A stretch of DNA of 64,000 nucleotides, taken from the NCBI GenBank assembly GCA_036172245.1, contig JAYWIR010000028.1, positions 310,001 to 374,000 of the forward strand, in the 5' to 3' direction. Positions 26,468 to 40,400 of the stretch are shown here, piece by piece (within the stretch, counting starts at the first letter, position 1; each line of letters opens with the position of its first letter). This stretch comes from Raillietiella orientalis (Eukaryota). Made by a program: the position numbers and the translations under genes. The notes under the pieces were generated by a model. The model searched no databases and was not told the origin of the DNA. It saw only the letters and a program-made list of their open reading frames with translations.

Positions 26468-29400
26468 ATGAGCGCGAAGGGAGGAGAGAGAGGAAGAGTG
26501 GGAGAAGAAGATGGAGGAGTCCCACGCCTGCCCTCCCGGGACCGCAGTATCGTTACGTACGGAGACGAGGATACCCTCCTTGATGACGCGGGAAGGTTTC
26601 CCGAGAAGGACGAGAGGGTCGTGGGCATCGGCGACCGGGAGGACTTCCTGCGGATCCTGGTCCTCGCCAGCCGCATATTCGGGCTGCATCTCCCTCTCCA
26701 GAGAGATCCCGGCAGCGTGGTGCGACACTCCCTGTTCTCCCTGTACTGCATCCTCATCGTGCTGTCGTTCCTGTTCCAAGCCTCCCTTTCCCTGCTCTAT
26801 GCCGCCCGCCTTCTCTCCATCTCGGAAAAGGGTTCCATCGTCGCCCTTTTTCTGGACGCCTTCCTGCTGGTCGTCTTCCTGCTGGCCACGTTCCTCGTCT
26901 TCTACTTCGCCGGGAAGGCCACGCGCCTGACGCGCATCGTGGAGGTGATGCGCGTCCTGGAGACGCGAGTAGAGGACGCCTGGGAGATGGAGGAGGAACG
27001 AGGGGACCCTCCAAGGAAACGCAGGAGGTGGTCCTACAACTATCTCCTCTTCTCCATCACAAGGGGGCTGGTGGTCTACTTGGTGTGGATGATCTGGCGC
27101 GTGGACTGCATCGCCAGTATCAGCGCCACCTCCACCGTGGGAAAGTGCTCCATCATCCTGCCCACGGGATTCCATGAGTACTTCCCGGACGTGCGCAAGT
27201 CTCAGGCGGGTAACGCCTACCTGGCGATGGAGGCCACCTGCCTCCTGTACGCCCTCGGGGTTCTGCAGGTCTCGGAGCTGTGGGTGGTCAGCTTCAACCG
27301 ATTCGTCGCCGAGAAGCTCAAGGTGGCCAAGAACCGCTTGTGGTTCCTTCTGGAGACGGTGCAGGCTTCCGGCTCCGAGGACGTCATGGTCGCCACCGGG
27401 GGTGGTGGTCGGGACAAGAAGACCCTAAAGAAGAACCTCGAGTCCGTGGTCAGCGGCCGAACGCCGGACTTTGGGCCTTGGAACGTAGCCGACTGCATCG
27501 CTAGCTACTTCGAAACCCTCGGGGAGCACGTAGGGAGCGCCAGGATTCAGGAGGATCTCAGAGAGCTGCAGTTTCACTCCGACCTTAAGGACCACTTGGA
27601 CGTGTGGATCCTCTTCCACGGAGACTTCTGTCACCTCGTCATCGAGGCAGACCGCGTTTTCGCGCCTGTCATAGGAGGTAAAGGAACCCTTCCCCCTACT
27701 ACGCTCCGGGGGAACAATGGGTGACGAAAGCTCTGGGGGAGCTTCCGACAAGGAAAAAAGGAGGAAGGAGAGCACGAGAGGATGGCAGCTGTCTGCTTTC
27801 CTCCAGGGTATGAGGACCACGCGCCTGCGGAAAGGGCCCGGTTGAAAAGTCGACCCCAGCTCTCCCTTCCCCCTTTCCTCCTCCCTCGAAAGTTCAGGGA
27901 GATCTCTCTCTCGTCCCCCGTGCCCTTCCAGCCATACTCTTCTGCTCCGTCGCCCAGCTTCTGCTGATGACGGTGATGATGTCCAGCACGTGCTTTGATC
28001 ATGACCACGGACTCCAGGGGACTGCCCTCGGGTGCTTCGCCTTCGACGTCGTCATCAGGATCGTCTCCGTGACCTTCTCTTGCCACTCCGTTCACCTGAA
28101 GGTACCCTCGCTAGCTCTCTCTCGCGCGCGGCCGCTGTGGGGGTTCCTTTTCACCTCCCCTTCCTGCTACTGCTTCTTGTGAGTGCTCGCGGGAAGCGGT
28201 GGCTCCCTTCCAATCGATCGAAGGGTCCTTTCGCTCTCAGTCAAGCGGCTCCTCGCCCTCCTGGTCGACTCCCGGTTGCTGAGGGCGACGACCCGTTCGT
28301 CTTCGACGGAGCTGCCTTCCTTTCACGCGCGCTGCACCTCCTTCTTCGAACGATGCTGGCTGGACCGCTTTCGGCACTCGCGGCGTGCAGCCTTTCTGGT
28401 TTGGTTCACCACTCCGAATGCATCCTCCCGAAGCGCAGCTGCCGTCTCACAAGGAAGAGCGGGATCTTGCAGCTACCTGCAGTCTTCCCCTTCCTTTCCT
28501 CCCGCTCCTAAGCTGCCGCCACTCCGCCTCCACGTTGCTGCTTCCTGTCCCTTGGACTTCTGGAAGTCCGTTGAGCCGTCACCTTGCCGAGCTGACAGCG
28601 GGCGTTCTGCGGAGCGCTTGACGGGAGAGGACGGGAACGCCACCCTTTCCCTCCCGGTCATTCAGAACGGACCCTCCGGAGGCCCGCGAAATGTCCCTAG
28701 TCCTCATTCTCGAAAGAAGCTGCTGACTGTCCCAGAAACTCCTGGGAAAGTGCTTTGGAGGGCATCTTCTCAGTGGCACCTCATCCTTCCCACCCACCAA
28801 TCCCCTTCCCTTCCGGAGTTGAACGGGGGCTCGGCCTTCTCCCACCTCTCGCGGAAGCCGGTGGTGAAGGACAGAAAGCGACCTCCGGACGAGGTCGAGG
28901 CGTTCCGGGCGTCGTTGCTCCTCCTCCGCGGTCCGAAGGTTCCCTTTTCCGCTCGACGAGTCACTCTCACGAGACAGGTCCAGGTTCTCGAGCGGCTGCT
29001 CGCTACCATGGCACAGAGAAGAAAGGAAAAGTCCGACCGGGGGTAGTGGCTAATCTGATGCTGGAGGATCGCGGAGTTGCTCAGTCAGTCCTGGTTTTGC
29101 GGCTCTCGTGGGCTACGGATGGGCAGCTTCTCTTTCCGGAAGAAAGAAAAGGGCTATGATCCCTCGCTCCCTACCCTGGTCTCCAGTTCCTCCCCTCCTT
29201 GAATAGATCATGGTTCCATTCCCCCCTTCTAAAGCTTCTCCGAAAGCTCCAGGCTCCCTCGGTCTGTGTCTCTCCCGCTCGAGCCGAGGCAGAGGGGTGA
29301 GGCGGGTCACAGACGATGCCTCGCCCTCTTTCATTCTGGATTGAATGTGATGCCTGAAGTGGGAGTTGCTCACATGGTTTCATCCTGTGATGTCTGATTC

Positions 29401-29814
29401 CGGTAGAGCACGAGACTCCTCCCGTCGCTTTACAGGATGCCATGGCAACGGCTGAACGACGATAACCGATACAGGATCCACATGATATTCAACCGGGCGT
29501 CCCAGCCGTTCGGCCTGACGGCGGGCGGTTTCTTCGTCGTCAGCAGGCTGTCCGCGATGATGGTGAGCGGTGCCATCGGCGCCATGAGCCGCCTCTCACC
29601 TTACCACTTCCAGATCCTCTTGCTGGTGCTGGGAACCCTGCTGATCGCTCAGGTCAACAGAGGCGCCTTCTGTGACCCTAGGAAGACGGAAGCAACGGCG
29701 AGCAAGGAGCTACCTGACCACTTTGGCAGTGTCAGTGTCGGAAGAGATGGCGCCGGAGCCAGCCAAGGCATATCCGAGAACGCCTCGTATCCCAACACGA
29801 CCGCGGCGATGTGA
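26468..29814 (+). CDS. Gustatory-receptor-like 7TM chemoreceptor; exons 26468-27677, 27932-28101, (small exon unresolved), 29436-29562, 29614-29814
   Basis: Multiple TM segments, SRIFGLH before TM1, DRVFAPVIG-AILF (TM5), then FGLTAGGFFVVSR followed by a phase-0 intron and a terminal TM ending in Q. This is the characteristic C-terminal layout of the arthropod GR/7tm_7 family. Confidence 0.75.
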
Positions 29815-31443
29815 CGAAGGGAGGAGGAGGAGCAGACCAGCATCCGCAAGTTCCCAGAGGTCCCTCAAGGGGAAGGAGGAAGGAAAAAAGAAAGGAACAG
29901 GCAGGAGGAATGCTCGGAGAGCGACCTTGCCAACAGAAACACCAAAAGATGTTCGTCCTCCCATCCTCATGCTCACCCTGGAACAAAAACTTTCCTTTCC
30001 TTATCCACCCCTCCTGCCCACTTTTCGGAATGCAGGAAATTCCCCAAGATGCTGGCGACAGGAAGCGTCCCGTCCGCTGCCTCCGAGAGGCTGAGCTGCG
30101 GCTACCAGGTTGCTGAGTCGCCCCTCCTCCCATTCTTGCCTCCCTCTTTTTCTCCCGACGCAACCAAAGGCTTTTTTTTGGTCCATCTTCTGTGCTCTAC
30201 AGCCGAGCTTCTGCCTTTAAACCGAGTAGCTGTCGGAAGAGGAGACCTTTGCAGTGAACCAACCCTCCGACGCTGCTGATGACGACCGTTCCCCTGGAAA
30301 CCATCGCCGGCAATCTGCCACCTAGCGACCGTTGCCGTGACCAATAAGCACGCCGAGAGAAAAGAAGCACCGGACTTGTTTTTCCTGATTCTTCCCGAGA
30401 TGATTTGAGCCTCTGAGGGGACGAATCTCAGCCGCCCGGAGCCGTCTGGTTTCTCTCACTTGCAGCTTCCCAAATAAATCATACAGACTTCAGGAAGGAA
30501 GACCGAGAAAGTCGAAGTGCCTCTGCCTCCTTCCAGGAAGCGCATTCGACCAGCCATGCCCGTCCTTTCCCTCCCTCCATACCCCCGCCTCAGTCCCTCC
30601 TCTGGGAAGCCGTCCGCAGAACAGGCTCCAACAGCGGCTGAGGGTGAAGGAGACGGTCTCCGCTACTTCAAAAGGTGATCACCGGAAGCGTCCACAGCAA
30701 CCAGGAGAGACACTGGACCTTCGTGCGGGGCTTGTGAGCTCCGCTTTCGACCACCAGACGGAAGCACGCACGCTCGCGTGACGACCTGCTGCCTCTTGCA
30801 GCCTCCTCCCTCCTGTTCTCTTCTCTCCCCGCGTCAGGAGCCATTACAGGGAAAGTGTTGGGTCCTTCGAAGAGCGGAACTATCGTCAGAGGATCTCTGA
30901 GCGTCTCGTGGGGAAGTCTCGGGCTGCCCGCTCCCAGTGCTGCGTCTGAGGTGCCCTTCTCCCCCTGCCCGAGGCGATATCAGCATTGGCGATATTCGAC
31001 CTCCAGTCTCCAGACAGGGTCCTCAGGACCTTCTGTAGTAAAGGGTATCGCTTCATGGAGTTACGCCTCGTAAGAATGACGATGCGTTGCCTCGAACCCC
31101 TCCTCCCTTACCTCTTCATCCCCGACCTTGTTGACAAAAAAGAAAAAAAAAAGACACATCGGCACACAAAGAAAATGACCGTGCGCGCGTGGGCGCACGG
31201 TGCACGGAATGTTCGTGTATTTTCGAGAAGGTGGGACTATCAGTGACGATGCCCTGAGGCGTGCTGAGGAGGAGGCGGAAAGGTGGGAAGGGCGTGCCTA
31301 GGCGATGGGCGATAATGAACTTTGAGAGTTCCCTCGCGAAGCCTGTTCCCTGCCTATTTCTGCTGTCCCCCACTGGTCTGCATGGGAGAGAGATGGAGCA
31401 TATCAGAAGCCACTGGGGAGCCTCGCCTTTGGGGGAAGGGAGG

Positions 31444-34400
31444 TCACGTCGGAGCATCCAGGGGTTCGGCTTCCTTCCACTGGGTCAGGTCAACCACGGC
31501 GATGCGCTCACAGGAAACGATGGGGTTGCCTCCGGGCGTGGGCAGGAGGAACACGTCGAAGCTGACCTCCCGGATGTCATCCCCGCTGTCGCAGAGGACG
31601 CGCGCTAGGCTGCTCCTACGGATCTGGGAAAGCTGCGCCTCCGTGAAGACTCCGTCGTTCTCGTACCAGAATCTGAGGACGCAGAAATGGAAGGGAAGGA
31701 GTAAGGAGGGGATGGGCGAAGGGTAGAAGATGGCTACCTGTCCCCGTCCCTCGCGCGGCGGAACTGGTCCACGAGAATGCACCTGAGCGTGTCTGAGACT
31801 CGTGCATCATCGTCCTGGTCCTCCACCACGCCGCCCACCCACAGATCCAGGTTTTCTTCCGGGAAGGTAAAGAAAGGGAATGATTTCCCGTTGTATCCCT
31901 CCCTCCCCTGACACGCGCGTGGGAAGGTGCAGGGGGACGACCCTACCTGGGTGGCCGTAGAGTTCCTCCAGCGCCTCCCAAGCCGATGGGTTCGCGCTCC
32001 TCTTCCGAATCTCTTCGAATGAGTCCGGTACGCTGAGGTTGCAGAACCTGCGCCATTGGACGTAGCCGGGAAGACCGTGGTCCCTCCCCCTCTGTATGTT
32101 GATGGCCGCCAGGTCCAGGGCGATGACGTGGGCCTCCTCGAAGAGGTGGTCCGTAAGCTCCGAGTTCAACACCCCTTGGCCCCTCCTGCTCTTCGCCGAC
32201 GTGGCAAACAGACCCCTCAGGACCGGGTCCGGACCCCCTTCTACGACGAGGCGCCAGGGGGCAAAGAACGCCTTCCTCAGCGGCACGTCGCCCTCGGAGA
32301 TACTCTTGAACGCCGAGTCCAGGCGCGCGAGCACGGGACTGATCAGCGAGTGACCGAAGCGCATCGCCGCCGTGGCGAACGCGTTGGACACGCTCGCGTC
32401 CACCCCGGGGTCGTATCCGAGGTAAGGTCCCAGCTCTCGCATCCCCCGAGCTCCCAGGATCTTCGGCAACCACTCGGCGTAGGTGATGTGCTGCAGCATG
32501 GCGCCGACGATCTTGCGCGCCTCCTGGAACACCGCGCCGGATGTCCAGTGAGCGTTGAGGCGGGAGAGCTCCCTCGCGATCCGGTTGTGCTCCCGGAACC
32601 AGACGGTGTGCATGGTCAGCAACCCTAGCTGCTCGTTGGCTCGAACGTCGCCGGCCAGGAAGCAGTCCATCGTGCTCTCGCGCAGGTTGCGCTTGCAGTC
32701 AACCGGGACACCGTCATTGGAGGGCAGCATCTCCTTGTGCAGCGCGTCGGCCGGCTTGCCCCTCAGGAGACCTCGGCCCTTGCCAGTCGCATCCCGGAGC
32801 GCCTGGGACTCGAACTCAGACGACCCGTAGATCTGCAAGGAGAGAGCTAGTCGGAGATGAGGTGCGGAGAGGAGATGGAACGGGAGCGCCTGGCCAAGGA
32901 CGATACGCAGCACTTCCTTTCCCTGAGGACAGGGAGGAGCTCCAGGAAGGAGGTCGCACGCTCTCCCTCCTGTCGAGCATGGTTCTGGCTGCGGAGGAGG
33001 TTTACGGCTCGACCGGGTTTGGGGAGAATGCGCTCTCGCTGGAGAGCTGCCCGGGGAAACCACCGATCCACCTTCGCACCGCGCACCATGGCAACGCGCC
33101 ACAGCCTCCGTCCCTCCATCCGCGGAGCTCTCGGCTGTGCATGGTCCTTTCACGGGACGCTCTCGTGAGCGTCCCATAAAAGAGTCACCCTTCCCGCATG
33201 CAACTGACCACGGGGACCTGCGCGATCCCTCTCCGAACCCGTGTCCATGGTTGAAAGGAGGTGGGAGGCGGTGGATGACCGGACGCTTTTTGCAACGGAA
33301 AAGAGAAATGCGACTCATTTTGCAGCCGGGGATTCCCGGGAACACAGCCCCACTTCCCGTGGAAGGACCAGTCGATGAGGGTCACATCGAGAAAAGGAGG
33401 CCACGGGTCTTCCTGTCGTCCTGACCCCCTTCCTCTAGTCGTCTTTCCGTTTAGCCAGCAATCGAGCCCTCTTGCCAGTGAGCACTCGGTGTGGGTGACC
33501 CCACACGCCTACCCACGAACCGTTGCCGTGCTATCCCATTCGGCTGCACTCAGCCTGCGCCCTCAGTGCCATGGAAGCGATCGGTATCCCCTATGTGGGG
33601 GCGGAAGACTTGTTTCCCTCAAGGGAGCAAACCGAGGGGAGAAATCAAATGTCTGCAAGACCAGGGCGACTTTCGTCGGGAATCCACGTGAGCGGGCCAA
33701 CTGAGCTGCTGCGGTCCACGGAGATCGGGAGCGCACTGTCCTTGTAGGCTTCCTCGTGCACTGTGGAAGCAAGGTCTCAGCGCCGACTATCCCTCTGGGC
33801 AACCCGCCTCCTCCCGCTACTGCGCCCTGCTTCCCCCACAAAGTGACACTTAGCATTTCCGGTTCCCGGAAAGATGAGACCACTCCACTCCAAGGCAACA
33901 GCTTCTACTTGAGCCATCAGTGATCAGCGGCATCAAGCCACGCTTTTCTCGGGTGGAAAAAGATCCACACTTCTCATGAGCTCCGACTCGGAACTCAGAG
34001 GTGGAGGGGATGAATCTTTCCGTGAGGCTTCCCTGGTGACTACAGAAGAAGCAGCACTGAGTCAGCACATACGATTGACGGTGGGTCACCCTTGGGCGGA
34101 AGTACTGTTTTCATGTTAGTGGTGCTGCATCCGATCTGCGGCACGGAAGTCCTGTTTAAAAGACCCCAACTCTCGAGGACCAGGAAGCGCAGGTCAGTTT
34201 CCAGGCTACGGAGCTCCCCTTGCCCTCTAGAGAAGTGGTCTCCTCGTACCAGCAGCTGCCTTCTCTTCTGGTCTCTCACGAGGACTTTGCCTGAAGACAC
34301 TTTCGGCCAGAGGGATTCCTCCTGTGTCTTCCCGCTTTTCTTTGTTCTTTCCTGTTTACTTCGACTCCGGGAAAACTCGCCGACTCCTTCAGGGCTTTTT

Positions 34401-37400
34401 ACGTTCCTCTTGCATCATTCCCTCCAATGACGCCGTGTTTCCTGGGCACGGTTTTTCGAATCTCTTCGCGTCCAGCTTCCACAATGCAGTGCGTCAAAAA
34501 CCGGAAAAATAAATTTGCCGTGAGAGGCATCTTCTGAGAAGAGAAGGAACTCTTCCTCCTATGTGAAGTAAACTTCCTCGGCGTTCCCAGAGTCCATCTG
34601 TCCTTCACCTCTGCGACTACTTTCACATCCCATAAGACGAATCGTGTAGCAGCGCAAGCATACAAGCCGCCTGCAACCTCTGGAGCGGGCTTGCCTTCTA
34701 CTGCTTCGTAATGAGTCCGGGGTGAGGGAGGTCCAGGAGCCACGCTGAGAAGTTGCCGAGATCTCTGGCTCATCCTGGTGAGAGCTGCCGCAGAATCTTT
34801 CCGTGGAAACCAATCGTCGAGCTGCCGAGTTTTAGAGAGATGTCCTCAACAATGTTTTAGAGTATAGATGAGTCCACAAATGGGGGGTTCCTCAGTTGTT
34901 TGCACGTCTTTCTTTCCAATCCCAGAAGGACCTTTCGAGATAGACATGTCTTCGGGAGGGAAGGGGGGGGGAGGGACAGGGAAAGCACAAAACGTAGGAA
35001 CAAAGGAACGGAGGCTTATGAAAGTATGGGTGCAGTCGTGTACAATTTTCTGCGAAATCTGCAGGAATTCGGCCGAGGAAAAAATCGGGTTTCAAGTATT
35101 CAATCAAGCATTATTGGGATTCCATTTGCGGGGGATCATTTTCGATTTTCACGCGTTGCTGCCGCATTTCCCTCGCATCCATCCTGTCGTCGCGCTGCCA
35201 CCAAGCTCGGGAGAGGCAAACGGGACTCCTGACTGGATTCCAGGCATCACCCTGAGGGAGAAGTGCGCTTATCTCCTGGGAAACACGGCCGTCGCACTCT
35301 CCTCAGCGAAGTGGCCTCCCCAGCTGCGAGAAATTCTCCCGAAACAGGAAGATGCTTAGGGAATAGCGATCATTACGGGGAAACTCGAGGATTCCGGGCC
35401 CACGCACAACTATTCGGGAATTTCCACTTCCCGCAGGATGCCGGGCATTCCGACGGCAGCGGCGCCTCTGCTGCCTCACGAAGATTGATCCGCCCATTCG
35501 CGTCCCACCGCCCAGCTCTGGCGCCGCTCGCGTAAAACCCGTTCCATTCCAGCAGCCTCCCGACTTTCCCTAGCAGCAAAAGTTTTCTTATACTCTGGGC
35601 ACAAAAAAAAAAAAAAGAAAAAAGAAAAAACAAAGTCAGCACGCAGAACGTTCGCGATGCCCGTAAATTGATGCGTTGAGCGTTCGCTAGCAGTCTGTTT
35701 CACGGTCACCGCCAGGCAGTGCCATGGCAACACTGACAAGCGACGGAGCACGCTTGTGGGACGGATGCGAAATCAACCAATAGCAGCCGACGGTTCACGT
35801 GCGTCTCGGCGTAGCCGGGCAGGAAAGCACGTTTCCCAGAGCACAAACAAAGCGTGCAAAGAAATGCAGGGAAAAAGAGGAACGAAGTGGGGGAAAGAAA
35901 AAGAAAAGGAAAGGGGGGGATACCTCCTCTCGGAATTTCTACCGAAACGCATGCGAATGAAGCCGCGCACCCATCGAGCGTAGCGTACCGTCACGGGGGT
36001 GCGCTATGTGTGCCGGCAGCACGCGACCAGCTGTTCCGAGGCGCCCACCGAAATCCGTCGCCAATCGGAACGCTTCCCATTCCCATTTCCTTTAAGCGTT
36101 GGAAAAGTGTGCAGCGTGTTTAACCTGAGAGCCATCGATATACGACGTCAGCTGATTCAGCTGCTCCCTGGGTCTCAGTTCGTTGAGAAATATGGACGTC
36201 ATTCCGGATCCGCATATGGCGCTGCTCCTGGTGAATTCCATGCATGGCTGATCTTTATGCCGTGGATCTATGTCGGGCATTTCGATGGGGAAACAAGGAG
36301 CGACATTTTTGCACAGCCTGAAAATTTGAACAGGATGAGAAGGAGCACGAAGGCCAACGGGGACAGGCATTGCAAGCATCCTCTGCATCCGATTCCGCGC
36401 AGAGCTGCCGCCACTTTGGCGACGCCGATAAATGTCAAATCGCAGATCTCACACAGCTTCCCACATGCCCTCCCTCCAGCGCTTTACGCTCAGTTCTTCG
36501 CCGCTTTAGGATCGCCGTTTCTTCTGCTCGCTCCTTATCACGGCAGCATGGAGGCGAGCAAACGGCCACTGAATCCCGCATTAGGTCGGTGCTCCCGAAG
36601 AGTTACAGTGCAAGAGCTCCTCTCCTTCCCCAGCGTCGCATAAATCATCGAGGCGCGTTGCGTTGCTATAGTATCGCATCACAGCATGCTCCTGCAAACT
36701 CGAGCGTACACAAACGGATTCAGTTTTAAGGCGAGAGCAGGGATCGTTCTGGCAATAATCACTTCCGCAAGCAGCAGTAATGCTACCCTACTGAGGTACT
36801 ATCGTGGGTGCTCACGACCCTGCTGAGCTGTGCAAAATGTGTGCCGGCCATCGATAGCCATTAATGCATTCGCGCGCATGGATCTTCAGCACATATGGAT
36901 AACGTGCATATCATCATTCGATCTGAAAAAGTTCTGTGAGGTTTGCAAGAAACCGACGCCATTATGAGGGGGGAAGGGGATGTAATTCACACAGGCAGCC
37001 GTCACGAACGCCCGAACGCTTAACTCGAAAGGCAGACGGCGGCGCCATGGCGACGATCCGGGTCGCTCCGTGCACGAGCGCCGCGCTGCTCCGAGCGACC
37101 TGCCGCGGACGCGTCCCTTCCGTGGTTGACCCCGTGTCGAGTGCAGGGCGCGCCTGCGGCACCCCTCCGCCTCGCGGGAAACTCCGCTCACCACGTGGGC
37201 GCCAGCCCCCGGAGCCCTCCTCTCGGAACGCCGCGCCGTGCGCTCCTGCGTGGCCAGGGTTTCGTCTTTTCGCAGCCGAGACTCTCGTCTGGAGGAGCCG
37301 TGCGTCTCCAAAGGATGGAGTCTCTCGGAGAGGGCGGCGACGAGAGATGGCGAGCGCCCCCCGGAGTTCCCCGGCAGCTGCCGCCCCTGACAGGGTGTCG

Positions 37401-40400
37401 GGCGACGTCCGAGCTTTCGATCAGTCCGACCGGTATGGAGGTGACTTCGCTGCAGTCCAGGGACGAGAGAAGCTGGAAGATCCTCTTCTTGTCCGGCCGC
37501 CCCCGGGTCGCGAACTCAATTTAGTGGGGACGGCTGCTGGACATGGCCCTCCGGTGCGCGTCCGGCTGCTGTGCTTCATTGGGGGCACGCCTGCTGATGA
37601 CGTGGAACTTCGGACAGGATGGCGCTGCGGTTTGCGCCACGAGTCGACGCTGAAGAGTCGCCGCAGAGGTCGAACTTGCCGGGGCCTCTGCGCAGGAAGT
37701 CGGGAATGCGAGGACACGGATGTGTTCCTCCTGTGTACATGTGCATGGAGATCCTTCAGTCCGAAGGAGAGGCAGAGCGTAAGGGCAGCAGACCCTCCCT
37801 CCTCCAGGAAGCGCAGCCGCGAAGCCGGTCGTCCCTCCCGCGGATCGCCCTGGGAAGTGGGGGGGCAGCAGTGACGCGAGGGCCGTCGTCGTCTCTGGGA
37901 GGGAGAGCGGCGAGTCGCGGATTCGTTGCGGGCGACCGTGAGGACCTGCCCCACTGCGAGAAAGGGGATGGATTGAGCACCTGCTCCTTTGCCGCTCCGA
38001 CCTTCGGAGGACTGCTCGGGAGGTTTCCCGCGTCACCCCCTGCTCGCGGTTGTTCGGCTGCACGATCTCGCTCCTCAGAGCAACGGGCAGCTCCGGATGG
38101 CTCCCTCGTGGCCCGGCGATTGGATAAGCATCTTGAAGCCGTCAAGTGGTGGCGGAAGCACATACTCTCCGCTCCAGGGAAGGTTCCAGGAGGGTCCATC
38201 CGCTTCGAGGTTGCTGAACGCGCCCTGGACATCGAATGACGCTGCTTTCTTGTTCTTCTTTTTTTTTATTTCTGTCTTCCACAGTCTTCTCCGCCGTCCC
38301 GAGACGCGGCCCTCTCAGATCCCCCGGCTGGTTAGGAGGCGACCGATGGCTCGGAGACGTGACGCAACTCCCGCATCTCCCGACGACGGCGCGCCACCTC
38401 CCAAGCAGCGTGGGTGCCGCCCCAGCCGGAGGAAGGGGCGAAGGGAACTCCTCTCCTCTCCTAGGTCGGGAATCCCTTTAAGGCTCCTAAGGGAAAGCAG
38501 AGGGGGGAGAGGCAGAGCCGAGTCCTCGGTACGAGGAATCCAGGAAGAGGGATGGACGCTCCCAGAAGGATCTTGTGGAAGCGTCCCGTCAGCTCCCGGT
38601 GAGCACTCGCGCGCTCGCGCTTTTCCCATCAATCTTCAACCCTCCTCCCCCCCTACGCAGACACCAGTTCGCAAGACTCCTTCCTGCCTCTCTCTTCAGA
38701 CCCGTCTACTGGTCCAGAGAGAGAGAAAGAGGCTGGAACACGCCCCGGCATCTCTCCATTTCTCCTTGAAGACACGAACGATCCCTTGGAAACGTGTGGG
38801 GAACTCAGGGACCCTCTCGCCCCTCCCTTCGGAGGGGTCTTGCCCTCTCCTTACTGCCATTTCGTTCATAGCGGCCCGATCGCTCTCTCAGGGTGAAAGG
38901 GGGAGGCTCAAGCAGGATATAATCGCCCACCTGGAGCAGTCGATCCCGTCCCGGAAAGTCTCGCTGCTGATGGAGGGAGAGGAGAAGTCCATGTCGTGGT
39001 CCAGGAACTGACCCCACTGCATCACCATGTGCGACAGGCTTCCGTCGGGGGTTGAGTTTGAGGATGAGATGGTCGTCATGGAGACTCTCCTGGCGTTGGG
39101 CTTCGGGAACCCCCGGTAGAGGGTTTTCGGGTTCCAGCCTGTAGGATGGGACGTTCAAGGGCGTCTTCGGACCGGGGCGTCGGACCGGGGCGAGGAAGGC
39201 GGAGTCCAACCATTTCCCCGTCCGCCCCACTGACCCCTTCCGCTAAGCCTCACCCACGGGGTGGTTGAATCCGTTTTCGTAGATGGGGCTGAGGAGTCTC
39301 TTGAAGGCCGTCAGGGCAGCTCCCCACGTGGGATGTTCCCTGTTGTTGCACGTCCCGTCGAAAGTGCGATACTTCTCCTGTTCTAGCCCCTCGCATTCGG
39401 GACTCGCCTGCGGGGCCAGGCAGCCCGAGAGGTCGGCGATGAGCTGCAGGTGGGCGGGGGGTAGGAGATCCTTGTAATCGGATCCTGAGGGAGGGAGAGT
39501 TCCGAATCCACGTGTAGGAGGGGAGGAAGGGGCGTCCCGTCCGTGCCGCTCACCCGTCAGGTTGAACTCGCTGCCGGTGTTCACGTGGCGACCGAGGATC
39601 TCGAGCGCCCTTTCGTAGATCTCCTCCGCCCTGGCGAGCTCCCTGGTCTCTGCCTTCGGGAAGCGGAAGAGCTGGAGGAGGCGCCTGCTTGGAGGGGAAG
39701 ACCCTTCGTCCTGGTCCCTGCGGGACAGAGTGCCTTCGACCGCGCGATCCACCTGGGACCGCGCCTCGTCCACGGACGCCGCCAGCACGTCTGTCCCCAG
39801 AGGGCCGCCGCCGCCGCCGCCGCCGCCGCCTGCAAGAGACAGTGGAGGAGCAGACGACGTGGGGGAGCGGCGCGTGACTTCGCGTCTCCCAGGAGCGCGG
39901 TAGGTAAGGGTGGCAGACAGGGAGGGGGTGAAGGACGGAGTCTCAGAGTACGGGCCAGGCGCGCACGGGAAGGACCGAGGCATGAAAATTTCCTAGGGGC
40001 TCTCCCAACTTCTCCCAGAAATCTCTTCAGAGGGCTGGTTCTGGAGGGTGCGGTCTTGCAGCGTTCATTTCGGGAGTCCTGGGGAGAGCTCTGGGAGAAC
40101 GGGAGGGTCCCGGATAGTCAGTCCCTGCCAACGACTGAAGCATCCCCATTCCTGGTGACGAAAAGGTAAGTAAGGAAAAAGGGGAGAAGTGGCAGGACGT
40201 AGGGAAAGGGAGGGACCAGCCCTGGTGCAAGCGGCGCAGCATCCCTACGTGCTCTTCTCCCTCAGAACACGCCGGTGTTGCGCTGCTGTAGGGCAAATGA
40301 TCCTGACGGCTGCTGTCAACCAGCCCATGGAGGGCTGGGGGTCTCTCAGCTCTCCGAGCACGCGGAGATCCCGGAGAGAGAACTACCTTCCCTCCTGATG

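Noticed and set aside
26051..27175. 374-aa minus-strand ORF
   Set aside because: Antisense shadow of the GC3-rich GR exon.
36936..38239. ORF with GGDFAAV as a LINE endonuclease or nested gene in the Pxn intron
   Set aside because: A single weak motif with no further support.
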